NCBI GenBank assembly: GCA_009787685.1
Contig: WQSV01000001.1
Span: forward strand, 1 to 53,266
From: Bacillota bacterium
Lineage (GTDB): Bacteria > Bacillota > Clostridia > Christensenellales > Pumilibacteraceae
Length of the DNA: 53,266 bases
Reading direction: 5' to 3'
The notes under the pieces are model-generated. The model did no database searches. It saw only the letters and a list, made by a program, of their open reading frames with translations, and had not been told where the DNA came from. The first letter of the stretch is position 1, and the number at the start of each line of letters is the position of its first letter. The position numbers and the translations under genes were made by a program. Shown one piece after another: positions 44,347-53,202 of this stretch.

Positions 44347-45120
44347 TTACGCTCCTTTTCTAAAGGCTTTTGGCACTTCGATTTGGGGAAGTCCACCATG
44401 ACCGCCGCAGTGGAAGTCTTGGTTGTCTTTGCCTTCTAGGAAATATTTGTGGTAGCCGTAGGAGTTGTAGCAGCTGAAGATGTTGCCCCAGTATTCGTAA
44501 GAAGTTGGCATTCCTTCGTTGAAGTTTGACTTGGTGTCGGAAAAGCGTTCTGCACTTTCTGTTGATGGGAACTCTAGACATTGCCATTTTGTGTGGATAA
44601 TATTTCCGAATTTGTCCTTGCTATGTTTTAGGTCGAGAATGAAAATGAAGCGTTCACATAAACCACGAATTGCCTTGTCAATGCTAACTGGTCGTTGGCA
44701 AGTTAGGACAATGTCTAGGTGGTAGTGGCGGTGTTGGGCAAAATAGTTCACAACAAAAGGTGGAATATATTTTCGCCTGCTGTCGTAATACATTTGAGCC
44801 TCGTCAAGTCCAATGAACGCATAAGGTGGAAGATAGACCGTTTCATGATGGGGGTTTGAATACCCTATTTTCCAACCATCAACGAATCTGTTTTTGAGTG
44901 GTCGTTGGAACTCTTTTCGCAAATAGACATCATAGTCAGTATAGACTAGGTGGTTTTTGAGTTGTGATAGGTTATGCCCTACTCTGTTGAGTGAGCGGAC
45001 ATATTGGCGAAGTCTTGAAATGTCAATCAACGCGTTTTCCCCACTCATTTTCATCAGTGCGAACAATGTTGCGAGTGCTGTTTTGCCAGAACCTATATCG
45101 CCAGAGATTATTGATAACAT
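44347..45120 (-). CDS. Zot / pI-like P-loop morphogenesis ATPase
   Basis: MLSIISGDIGSGKTALA (Walker A) .. FIGLDEAQMYY (Walker B) .. HRHYHLDIVLTCQRP. No C-terminal TM segment is seen. Confidence 0.55.
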   Translation of the reverse strand: MLSIISGDIGSGKTALATLFALMKMSGENALIDISRLRQYVRSLNRVGHNLSQLKNHLVYTDYDVYLRKEFQRPLKNRFVDGWKIGYSNPHHETVYLPPYAFIGLDEAQMYYDSRRKYIPPFVVNYFAQHRHYHLDIVLTCQRPVSIDKAIRGLCERFIFILDLKHSKDKFGNIIHTKWQCLEFPSTESAERFSDTKSNFNEGMPTSYEYWGNIFSCYNSYGYHKYFLEGKDNQDFHCGGHGGLPQIEVPKAFRKGA

Positions 45121-45122
45121 TG

Positions 45123-45269
45123 TTAATCCCTCCTAAACAGTCTGAAAAACGCGATAATTAATTTTACAAGCAAGCGAAGTATCCACGCTAAAATCTTGAA
45201 TGGCAACATGATAATGAACTTCACGACAGAAAAAATCATTAATATCGCCTTGATTAGTAGATATATCAT
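45123..45269 (-). CDS. 48-aa hydrophobic protein with a basic C-terminus (coat-protein-like)
   Basis: MIYLLIKAILMIFSVVKFIIMLPFKILAWILRLLVKLIIAFFRLFRRD; ATGA overlap with the upstream gene. Confidence 0.5.
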   Translation of the reverse strand: MIYLLIKAILMIFSVVKFIIMLPFKILAWILRLLVKLIIAFFRLFRRD

Positions 45270-47272
45270 TCGTTTTTCCCTCCTGCGACTTTCACAATAA
45301 CAACAATTATTGCTATTACTGCGACAACGACTCCTGCTAAGATGAGCCAGAAAATAAGTTCTTCTCGGCTTATACCCAAGAGTGCTGCGAGCCAATTTAG
45401 AAACCTATTCAACAAATTGTTTGATGGTGGAACTTCCGATGGTGGAGTTATTTCTGGAATGATGTCTTGTGGACTTGACACAACTGGAATGACTGTCATT
45501 TCGCCTTGATGGTTGAAAGTGAGTGATATTATGTCGAAATCGAAGAACACTGTTGCTTGTGCGATATATGCCTCGCCCTCTCGGAGTTGCCAAGGGAATA
45601 TGTTGTTGCCTGTTGAAATGGTTATTGCTCTTGCGAAATATTCAGTCTGGGCGAATCGGAACAAAAATGTTGTTTCGTTTTTTGCGTTGGCGGTTGCGTT
45701 GAATTGCCTAAGTCTCTCGACATCATTGTAGTGGATTAATAGTTCGTTTGCGACACTGACTCTGTTTCCATTTAAGATATTTGCGTTTGATATTTTGAAG
45801 ATTGGACTTATGTTTTGCCTCTCGTCTACCCTTATTGAATCGCCACCACTTCCAGTGAATCGTTGCCACCATGTTTGATTTTCTTCAAAACGCATTAAGT
45901 CAAAAGTGTCATCATCTGCATCAATATCCCTTAGTTGATGTCCTGCAACTCTGCCCTGTTCAGTGCTGACACGACATAGATTTGGCGAGAATAGTTCTTG
46001 CGGAATTTGTCGTTCTCTGACTGATAGGAATTGGTTGTTCAGTGAGCCGAATCTGTGGTTATAGTTGAATATCCAGTCTGCCAAAGTTTCACTACTGATT
46101 CCACCACCGAATGGCTCACCTCTTCTAAACTCGGTTATCTCGTCAACAAAAAAAGCGTAGTGCAGACTGTGTTGCCAACGACTGATGGGAAAGTTTGCAT
46201 TAACCATGCCGTTAAAAGTCCAGTTCGCCCTTGCACTATTAACGAACACTAAAAATGCGTCTGTTATGACAAGGTCGCGATAAAGCGAGTAACCAATGTT
46301 TTCATTAAAGACAGTTCTGCTTTGCGTTGTTGTTTCTAGCCTTCTTCCGATACCATGATTTAGCACATTGTTGTAAAGACTTCGCCTACTCGTCACCAAA
46401 ATATTGCAAGTCCGATATTCCCACCACTCCGCTCGTATTCGTTGTAATCTTCCGAACTCATGAAGAATCCTGTTTGGAACGCTGAAAAACACGCTGTCGA
46501 TTTGGTGGTGGTAGCCTGCACGAGTGAGTGGAGCGATTGCGTCAGAGCGAAAGAATGTGTGGTTAACATCTAATTCGATTGTTTTGAGTTCTGAAATTTC
46601 GTGTCTTAGGGTGCTGTCTGCGTTTAGGTTTGGCCCTAAGCCTTGGGCGAATCCAGAGAATGTGACGGTTTGAGCAACGACAAATTCTGTTGCGTTTTGT
46701 TGACCCATAATGTGGAGTTCAATGCCAGAAATGTCATATCGCCTGTTGTGAATTTTTTCGAGTCTGCTTGTTAATTGCCATAAATCCTCTTGACTAAAAT
46801 TGACTCTGAATTTCCAAAACAGTCTGTGGAAATCGCCAGTTGAAAAGTTCATCAATCGCAATGGAAATTTGCGATATGCGACAGGTTTTCCGTCAGCGTT
46901 ATATTCATATGCCATTTGGATAGCGTGATTAGATGAATATGGCATGAAATTTAGTTGTCGTGGGTTGTAGACATAGATATATAGTCCAAAATTTCCTCTA
47001 AGAAATGGACTATGCGACCAGCCAAATTCAATGAAATTAATCACGCGAAGTTCGCCGTTTTCGTTGAATGGAAAATCATTTATGTTGAAGTTTGGGTCGT
47101 TTTTGAGGTCATACATGACATATCGCTCTGAAAATGCTGATAGCGTTTGTGGCGAGTTTGCTCTTGCAGTTTGCAAATTGCAACTTGGAATCACTGCAAA
47201 AATTGTTAGAAAAATAATCACAATTGCAAACAAAATTTTTTTGATATTAAGGTGTTTAATCATTTTTGTCAT
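45266..47272 (-). CDS. large secreted protein with a C-terminal membrane anchor (pIII-like position)
   Basis: ATG at 47272 preceded by aggagg. N-terminal signal/TM ILFAIVIIFLTIFAV, C-terminal TM LILAGVVVAVIAIIVVIV. Confidence 0.6.
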   Translation of the reverse strand: MTKMIKHLNIKKILFAIVIIFLTIFAVIPSCNLQTARANSPQTLSAFSERYVMYDLKNDPNFNINDFPFNENGELRVINFIEFGWSHSPFLRGNFGLYIYVYNPRQLNFMPYSSNHAIQMAYEYNADGKPVAYRKFPLRLMNFSTGDFHRLFWKFRVNFSQEDLWQLTSRLEKIHNRRYDISGIELHIMGQQNATEFVVAQTVTFSGFAQGLGPNLNADSTLRHEISELKTIELDVNHTFFRSDAIAPLTRAGYHHQIDSVFFSVPNRILHEFGRLQRIRAEWWEYRTCNILVTSRRSLYNNVLNHGIGRRLETTTQSRTVFNENIGYSLYRDLVITDAFLVFVNSARANWTFNGMVNANFPISRWQHSLHYAFFVDEITEFRRGEPFGGGISSETLADWIFNYNHRFGSLNNQFLSVRERQIPQELFSPNLCRVSTEQGRVAGHQLRDIDADDDTFDLMRFEENQTWWQRFTGSGGDSIRVDERQNISPIFKISNANILNGNRVSVANELLIHYNDVERLRQFNATANAKNETTFLFRFAQTEYFARAITISTGNNIFPWQLREGEAYIAQATVFFDFDIISLTFNHQGEMTVIPVVSSPQDIIPEITPPSEVPPSNNLLNRFLNWLAALLGISREELIFWLILAGVVVAVIAIIVVIVKVAGGKNE

Positions 47273-47864
47273 TTGTTGCCTCCTGTATCTGATTTTTGGT
47301 TTTCTCAATTTCTGCAACTAGAATTTCGCCCTCAATTTCCAGTGGCAATAGTTCAAACAGCAACTCGCTTCGCCTTGCACTCAAAAACATCATGCGTTGA
47401 AGTTGCGTGATATTGATTTTCTGATTGGCTAGAATTTCGGCATATTCAGAGTCAACTGCGTTTAGTTGAGATTGCAATATAGAAATCACATTAGTGACGA
47501 GCGTTAGTCTTTCGTTGAGTAGTTGCAGTCGTGCAGAGTAGTATTCAAGCCTTAGATTATGTTGTTCTTGTTCAAGTTCGACGAGTTCTCGTTCAAGTTC
47601 TTCTGTTTCGTCGCTGTTGACTTGTGGTGGGTTTTCAATCTCTCGCTCCAAATCGTTGATGATGTTTTGATAATTTTCTTTTGAAGAATTTCCTGCATTT
47701 TCGCCAGAGAGTAGTCCTTGCTCATACGCTAAATCCAAATATTCATATGGAAACCGCTCTTCCCCGCTAATTCGTGATTGAATGTTTTCCCAGTTTAGAT
47801 AGATGACGAAACCTCCGACAGCAAGAAGTACGACAACAACTAAAAATCCTAAAAACTTTTTCAT
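47256..47864 (-). CDS. membrane-anchored coiled-coil protein
   Basis: N-terminal TM followed by heptad-rich E/L/Q sequence; ATGA overlap with the upstream gene. Confidence 0.55.
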   Translation of the reverse strand: MKKFLGFLVVVVLLAVGGFVIYLNWENIQSRISGEERFPYEYLDLAYEQGLLSGENAGNSSKENYQNIINDLEREIENPPQVNSDETEELERELVELEQEQHNLRLEYYSARLQLLNERLTLVTNVISILQSQLNAVDSEYAEILANQKINITQLQRMMFLSARRSELLFELLPLEIEGEILVAEIEKTKNQIQEATNDKND

Positions 47865-48793
47865 GCCGTCACCCCCTTTCCTGCAATCCGCTCTCTTAAC
47901 GCACCAAGTCTTGTCGTGAACTCATTTTGACTTAAAATCAAGCCCTCTTTCATGTTTTCGGCGATTGCTTGTTGCATTATTTTTTGCTCGTGAATTTGAC
48001 TGAATTGTTGTAGCATTGCGTAATATCTGTTGACTCTTGATTGAGCCGACTGAGCCGACAAATCCGCTTGCCAACGACTGTAAGTGTAGCCACCCCATCT
48101 GTTAAACCAATACGCCCAAGGAATACTCCCATGAGCGAAACTGTTCATTTGAGTTTGAGCATGGGAAAGCCTGTTTTGATAATGCTCCGCGAGTCCACTA
48201 TATCTCGACAACTCTCTCAACCAAAAATTGTGCAAGTTGAAAACTTCGTCAAGAGTGTAGTCATATGGAAAGGCAAAAATTAAGGATAAAATATCGCTCA
48301 ACCACCAACTCAAATATTCAATGTCAGTTGCGATTCTTGATAAAATTGCGACATAAATTTGTTCAAGAGTTTGCAGAAATTCTAGTGAGTTTGAGTCGAT
48401 TAAATCGCCAAGTCCGTAGTCAATGAGTTGAATAATAAGGTTGTGAAGGGTGTTAATATGCGACATTTGGGATAGAATTTGTTCGCTCAAATTTGCAATG
48501 ACTGACTCTAAATATTCTCGCATTTCATGATACTTTTGAGTCCAATATTTGACCTCGTTTTCCAATTCTTCGATTTTAACACGCAATTCCTGCCTTTCTC
48601 GTGCATTCAGTGAGTAGCCACTAGCAAAACCATTGCGATATGCCTCTTCAATTTCTCGCCTAGTGACAGTTCGCTCTTCGTTGTTTGAGTAGTCAAAATT
48701 GTCGCAACCGACAACAAAAAACATAGTGCTTGTTAGAATTGTAATGAACACTGCAACTAAAAAATACTTGCTTAAAGACTTGAAAAATTTCAT
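47861..48793 (-). CDS. lipoprotein, unknown function
   Basis: MKFFKSLSKYFLVAVFITILTSTMFFVVGC lipobox; SD gaggggg. Confidence 0.6.
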   Translation of the reverse strand: MKFFKSLSKYFLVAVFITILTSTMFFVVGCDNFDYSNNEERTVTRREIEEAYRNGFASGYSLNARERQELRVKIEELENEVKYWTQKYHEMREYLESVIANLSEQILSQMSHINTLHNLIIQLIDYGLGDLIDSNSLEFLQTLEQIYVAILSRIATDIEYLSWWLSDILSLIFAFPYDYTLDEVFNLHNFWLRELSRYSGLAEHYQNRLSHAQTQMNSFAHGSIPWAYWFNRWGGYTYSRWQADLSAQSAQSRVNRYYAMLQQFSQIHEQKIMQQAIAENMKEGLILSQNEFTTRLGALRERIAGKGVTA

Positions 48794-48794
48794 G

Positions 48795-50621
48795 TTAGCC
48801 CCCTCTCTTCTTTTTTCTGATGACAACAAATGCAATGACTGCTCCAGTGAGAATAATTAATATTAGTCCTGCAATTATCCACACTAACCTGTTTTGCCAC
48901 CAAGCAATGTCGCTCTCTGACGGGAGTGGCTCAAACCTTGCGAATAGTTCAATATTTGTTGTTAGCCTATCAAGGTGTGACACTCTTTGCGTGAATGCTT
49001 CGTTGTGATACCATGCAACAAAAACATAGCCAAAATGTTCTGGAGTGAACAGATTGTTTAGTCTTTCGTTGTGTGGAATCCAATGAGTTGTTCTTTGCCC
49101 TCGAACATTGAAAGTTATTGAGTTCATTATGGCGAACTCGGAGTTTGCGAATAACTCAATGTCGCTAGTTATTGCGGTAGCAAGGCAGAATGCTTTTGAC
49201 TCAAAAGAATCAATGAACACTTCTGTCATTTGCCCTGTTTCAATGTTGAGTAGGGTCACTTGCTTTAGTGTTGTTCCATAATTCACAACAATTTCTTGCC
49301 ACACTTCTCCACCAACAATGAACGAGATAGTAAAACGCATGATTTCCCATCTTGCGAAGAACTGCTGATTTCCAAAAGTTCCAGTCTCAATTTGAGTCAC
49401 TGCTTGCCCAGAGAACGCAGAGTTCCGATACCACCCTCTAAAGTAATGCCCAGAGCGATTTGGGGTTGGGAGCGTTATATTTGGGCATTCGATTGTAAAA
49501 GTTGTGTTTGGTGTTGACTCAAAAAAACCTCCGTTTAGATTGAAAATGATGTCGTAAGTGACTACATTCCAAAGAGCAAAGAACGAGCGATTGTCGATTG
49601 AATTTGCAACAATTTCAGTTATTGGAGTTCCGACAAGAGCAATATTGTTAAACCAACCACCGAAATAATATCCGTCACGAGTTGGAACTGGGAGCGTGAT
49701 TGTCGGACTATTAACAGTGAATGTCGTTGGAGCATTTGACGGGAGAATTCCTCCGTTAAGGTTGTATGTAATAGTGTAGACAATGACTTCCCATCTAGCA
49801 TAAAACCGCTGATCACCAATCGTTCCAGTCACAATTTGAGTTGTTGGCGAGCCTGTGAAAGCGGAGTTGTTATACCAACCTTGAAAGGTGTAGCCCCGCC
49901 TCGTTGCAGTAGTAAGTGTTAAGTCTGGCGAAAGAACAGTGAATGTTGATGGAGCAATGCTGACAAAACTTCCCCCACCCAATGAGAAACTTATCGTGTA
50001 AGTAATAGGGACAAACTTTGCATGAAGTTCCATATCCCCAGTAACTGGTCTGCCGTCGAAAGGTTGAGTGAACTCTGAATCAAAAAACCAACCACAAAAT
50101 GTGAATCCATCTGGTGTAGGTGGTGTTGGTAAAACTATTGACATAAAATAAATTCGCCAACCTGCTGTCCCTATGTTAATTCCACCATAATTACGAACTG
50201 CACTTGTTATTAATAAAATTCCATTATTAAGTAATTGATTGCGATGATTATCTAATAAATTTTCTGCTGAAATAATAGCAGAAAACAATCTTAAACTACT
50301 ATCAAATTGAATTATTTTTAAATTCGTTGCTATCAAATCTCTGTTGCCAGTTCCAGAATTTCCCACAAAAAGCAAGAAATCTTCTTCTACAGCATCCAAA
50401 AAGTTTTCAAAATTAAAGTTAATTGGATTGTTTATTCTTATATTTACAGATATAAACTTTTGATCTAATGTCTGAGTTGAGAATAACTCCTCATGTGTTC
50501 TATCTACAGCATTAGATTGAATTTCATCACCCCCAAAAATCATTGCAACCGCAAATACAACTAAAAGCATTGCAACAATGAATACCATTTTTCCTTCTTT
50601 TCTTAGAATCATTTTTTTCAT
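48795..50621 (-). CDS. surface protein with at least 4 Listeria-Bacteroides (Flg_new-type) repeats and a C-terminal TM anchor
   Basis: Repeats of ..Y.I.F.LNGG....P..FT...P.I.LP.P.R.GY.F.GW..N.AF.G..; C-terminus IIAGLILIILTGAVIAFVVIRKKKRGG. Confidence 0.7.
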   Translation of the reverse strand: MKKMILRKEGKMVFIVAMLLVVFAVAMIFGGDEIQSNAVDRTHEELFSTQTLDQKFISVNIRINNPINFNFENFLDAVEEDFLLFVGNSGTGNRDLIATNLKIIQFDSSLRLFSAIISAENLLDNHRNQLLNNGILLITSAVRNYGGINIGTAGWRIYFMSIVLPTPPTPDGFTFCGWFFDSEFTQPFDGRPVTGDMELHAKFVPITYTISFSLGGGSFVSIAPSTFTVLSPDLTLTTATRRGYTFQGWYNNSAFTGSPTTQIVTGTIGDQRFYARWEVIVYTITYNLNGGILPSNAPTTFTVNSPTITLPVPTRDGYYFGGWFNNIALVGTPITEIVANSIDNRSFFALWNVVTYDIIFNLNGGFFESTPNTTFTIECPNITLPTPNRSGHYFRGWYRNSAFSGQAVTQIETGTFGNQQFFARWEIMRFTISFIVGGEVWQEIVVNYGTTLKQVTLLNIETGQMTEVFIDSFESKAFCLATAITSDIELFANSEFAIMNSITFNVRGQRTTHWIPHNERLNNLFTPEHFGYVFVAWYHNEAFTQRVSHLDRLTTNIELFARFEPLPSESDIAWWQNRLVWIIAGLILIILTGAVIAFVVIRKKKRGG

Positions 50622-50660
50622 TTATTAAATTTTTCTCCTTTGACATTTTTAATAAAATGT

Positions 50661-50900
50661 CTATTGCTTTCTCTCTGCAATCGAAACTTTGTGTCCCTTG
50701 CTTTTGAGTCTGTCAACATACTTTTCCAAAACATGATGTGGAATGCCGCACATATTTTCACGCTTGAAACCAACATCACGACTGGTTATAACAAGGTCTA
50801 GTTCTTTTGCGGCAACTTCAGCATCCTTTCCAAACAATTCAAAAAAATCGCCAACCTGATAGAACAACAATGACTCGTTATTCCTTTCTTTGAGCGACAT
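50661..50900 (-). CDS. stand-alone MutS domain I (mismatch-binding domain)-like protein, probably the -1 frame extension of the upstream gene
   Basis: SLLFYQVGDFFELFGKDAEVAAKELDLVITSR..MCGIPHHVLEKYVDRLKSKGHKVSIAE. The homology continues upstream of the ATG (TPLFREY). Confidence 0.6.
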   Translation of the reverse strand: MSLKERNNESLLFYQVGDFFELFGKDAEVAAKELDLVITSRDVGFKRENMCGIPHHVLEKYVDRLKSKGHKVSIAERKQ

Positions 50901-50971
50901 ATATTCCCTAAACAGCGGTGTCGCATTTTGTGGAATTGGCGATTTTTGAATTATTGGAACAGTGACAACCT

Positions 50972-51559
50972 CTAACTTGCCGTTTTTTTTTGAGAGTTTG
51001 GCAACTGTCCGCTGTTGGCTTTAAATTCGTCAATTTTTGCTTGTGACTTTGCTCCAGCAGTGACTAATGCGTTGCCAACACCCCTTAAATGCTCTCTGCG
51101 AACTTCTGTTGAACTATTATTGAATTTTCTTGCAGTGTAATTGTAGGCTTCGCCTGTTTTTCTGTCACGATTGAATAGTCCAAGCCTTATGCCTTTTTGA
51201 GTGTCGGTCAAGGTTTCCCCTGTCCTTGAATCAATTCCGCTTTCGAGCTCTTTCCAGTAGCGGTTTCGTTGCTGTTGCGGTGTTTCAAAAAAACTTTTGC
51301 TGATTTCCTCTTTCGCTGATTCTAACGACTTTCCTGCAACAACGGCTCTCACAATCTTTTCACGATACCCAAGTTGACCTATTCTCAACGGGGTGGTTTT
51401 TCCACCGAATTGGCTTGACCCAGTATTCAATTCGTTTTCATACCTCTCAACAATTTCTCTGTCCGAATTCGACAAATGCCCAAACAAATCTTCTTTGACT
51501 GGTGCTTCTTTTGTTTTCGTTGTTTTTGTTTTTTGTTTCTTTTCTTCTTTTTTTGACAT
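50972..51559 (-). CDS. hypothetical basic protein (0-frame product)
   Basis: 195 aa; SD cggaggat; ends 3 codons after an A9 tract. Confidence 0.55.
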   Translation of the reverse strand: MSKKEEKKQKTKTTKTKEAPVKEDLFGHLSNSDREIVERYENELNTGSSQFGGKTTPLRIGQLGYREKIVRAVVAGKSLESAKEEISKSFFETPQQQRNRYWKELESGIDSRTGETLTDTQKGIRLGLFNRDRKTGEAYNYTARKFNNSSTEVRREHLRGVGNALVTAGAKSQAKIDEFKANSGQLPNSQKKTAS

Positions 51560-51876
51560 TATTTTTTATCCTCCGATTGTCTAATTTTTGTGCCATTGGC
51601 ACTTTTGTCTTGACATGATTGAAATTACTATCATGATACCCGACTAGCCTGTGGTGGCACACCACTGTGCAGAGATTGAGCAGACCCTCCATCCCTTCTG
51701 CCCAATCACAGCACGACACTTTTGGCACTCCCCAGCCGCCCACGCGAAAATGCTTTATGCTCCATGCCTAAATCAAAAACTTCATGAATGTGTCAATATC
51801 TGACTTAAAAAAAATTTGATTTTTTGTTTAGACATGAGCAGAAAACAATTTTCGCCCCTGTGCCAAGTGCAGTTTT

Positions 51877-52395
51877 TTATTGTTTTTGAATCTGACTATT
51901 CCTCAAATCCCTAAACTCTTTTTGAGTCAAGACTTTGAGATTCTCCCTTCCGCACATCAGAAGCTCTGCTCTCTTTTCTTCGTTGCGAACATGAACAAAC
52001 TCAAGTGCATCCCCGAATGGACTATGTAAGTTCATGTCGAGATAAGTTAGCATTTTGCGACTTTTTTTGCTCATATATTCAGCAAGATAGATGTCACACT
52101 TAACAGGAATACTTCGCTCCTCACTGTCACGCAATCGTTCTTTCACGCGATAATTAAAGCGACCTCTTCTTGAATTTTCTCTGATAGATAGCGTTACCTC
52201 ATCTCCAAATTCGTCAAATGGGTGCTTGATTGTGATGATAACTTCTTCCGTTTCTTTTCTCGTTCTAAAATTTTCAACCCATTCAAGTTTGACACTTCCC
52301 TCAACGGAAATCATGTTTGCCAGTTGCTTTTGAGTTTTCGCTGAACTCTCTTTCTTCATTTTTTCTTCTGTTTTTTCGTTTTCAATGTTTGACAT
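51877..52395 (-). CDS. hypothetical protein
   Basis: 172 aa; SD aaaaggag. Confidence 0.5.
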   Translation of the reverse strand: MSNIENEKTEEKMKKESSAKTQKQLANMISVEGSVKLEWVENFRTRKETEEVIITIKHPFDEFGDEVTLSIRENSRRGRFNYRVKERLRDSEERSIPVKCDIYLAEYMSKKSRKMLTYLDMNLHSPFGDALEFVHVRNEEKRAELLMCGRENLKVLTQKEFRDLRNSQIQKQ

Positions 52396-52474
52396 TTTTC
52401 TGTCACTCCTTTTTTTTTGTTTTTAATTTTTGTCTGTTTTCTTGTTTTTTAGGGTCAGGGTCGCAGACCCACCC

Positions 52475-52705
52475 CTATTCCCTAACTGGCATTACGAATT
52501 TAATATTCACTTCAAATGCCATTTTCCGAGCCATGTTTATGCAGTCCAATAAGTCCGAATACAATCCGTTGCAACAATACATAAACTTTCCGTTCTGGTT
52601 ATATATAACAATCCGAAATGTCTTTTGCTCTTCGTTCTCTAAAACAGAAATGTAATAGTTCTTTTTCAGCCTCATAAACTTGCCTAAGTTTTTCATTCTG
52701 CTCAC
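52475..52705 (-). CDS. hypothetical small protein
   Basis: 76 aa; GTG start at 52705, 5 nt after aggagg. Confidence 0.45.
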   Translation of the reverse strand: MSRMKNLGKFMRLKKNYYISVLENEEQKTFRIVIYNQNGKFMYCCNGLYSDLLDCINMARKMAFEVNIKFVMPVRE

Positions 52706-52798
52706 TTCATCCTCCTTCGTGCTTATGGCACTTTTCCGTTTGGGAAATTATCCCCTACACTATATAGGAGATGAGAAAGCACTTTGTTGTGGTTGTTT

Positions 52799-53202
52799 TT
52801 AAAAATAATTTAAAATATTTCTAATTTTTTTATGTATGACTTCCAATTGCCTCTGCACATTACTAAAATCAATCTCTAATAATTTCCCAATCTCACGCAA
52901 AGTCATATTTTCAAGATAATACAACCGCAAAATTTTCGTTGCTTTTGATTGAGTTGAGAAATAGCATTTCTTAAATCCTTTCTTGTTGAAATTTTCTCAA
53001 CCTCACTTTCCACGCACGAGTCACCAGAAGGCTCAAACCCAATTTCCGCTTGCAACCTATCAAGCGAACTCTCGCCCCTCCAACGCATTTTGCGTTCCTC
53101 ATTCTCTTTTTCAAGTTCAAGCGTTTCAAGAAGTTTTGCAACCTCCTCACTCACTTCAATCTCAACGGCTTGTCCATTCCACAATGTGTAATTTGTTTTC
53201 AT
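52799..53202 (-). pseudogene. sigma-70 region-4-like HTH protein, frameshifted at an A4T4 run (52929-52936)
   Basis: The 0-frame ends ..QLNQKQRKFCGCIILKI*. The -1 frame continues QRKILRLYYLENMTLREIGKLLEIDFSNVQRQLEVIHKKIRNIL, a typical region 4 HTH. Confidence 0.65.

Noticed and set aside
51447-51743. 98-aa - strand ORF over the GC-rich 51640-51760 region
   Set aside because: It overlaps the well-supported 195-aa gene start and has no SD. The GC-rich segment may be structural (an ncRNA or a regulatory palindrome, gtgccattggcac at about 51583-51595), but I could not support a specific call.
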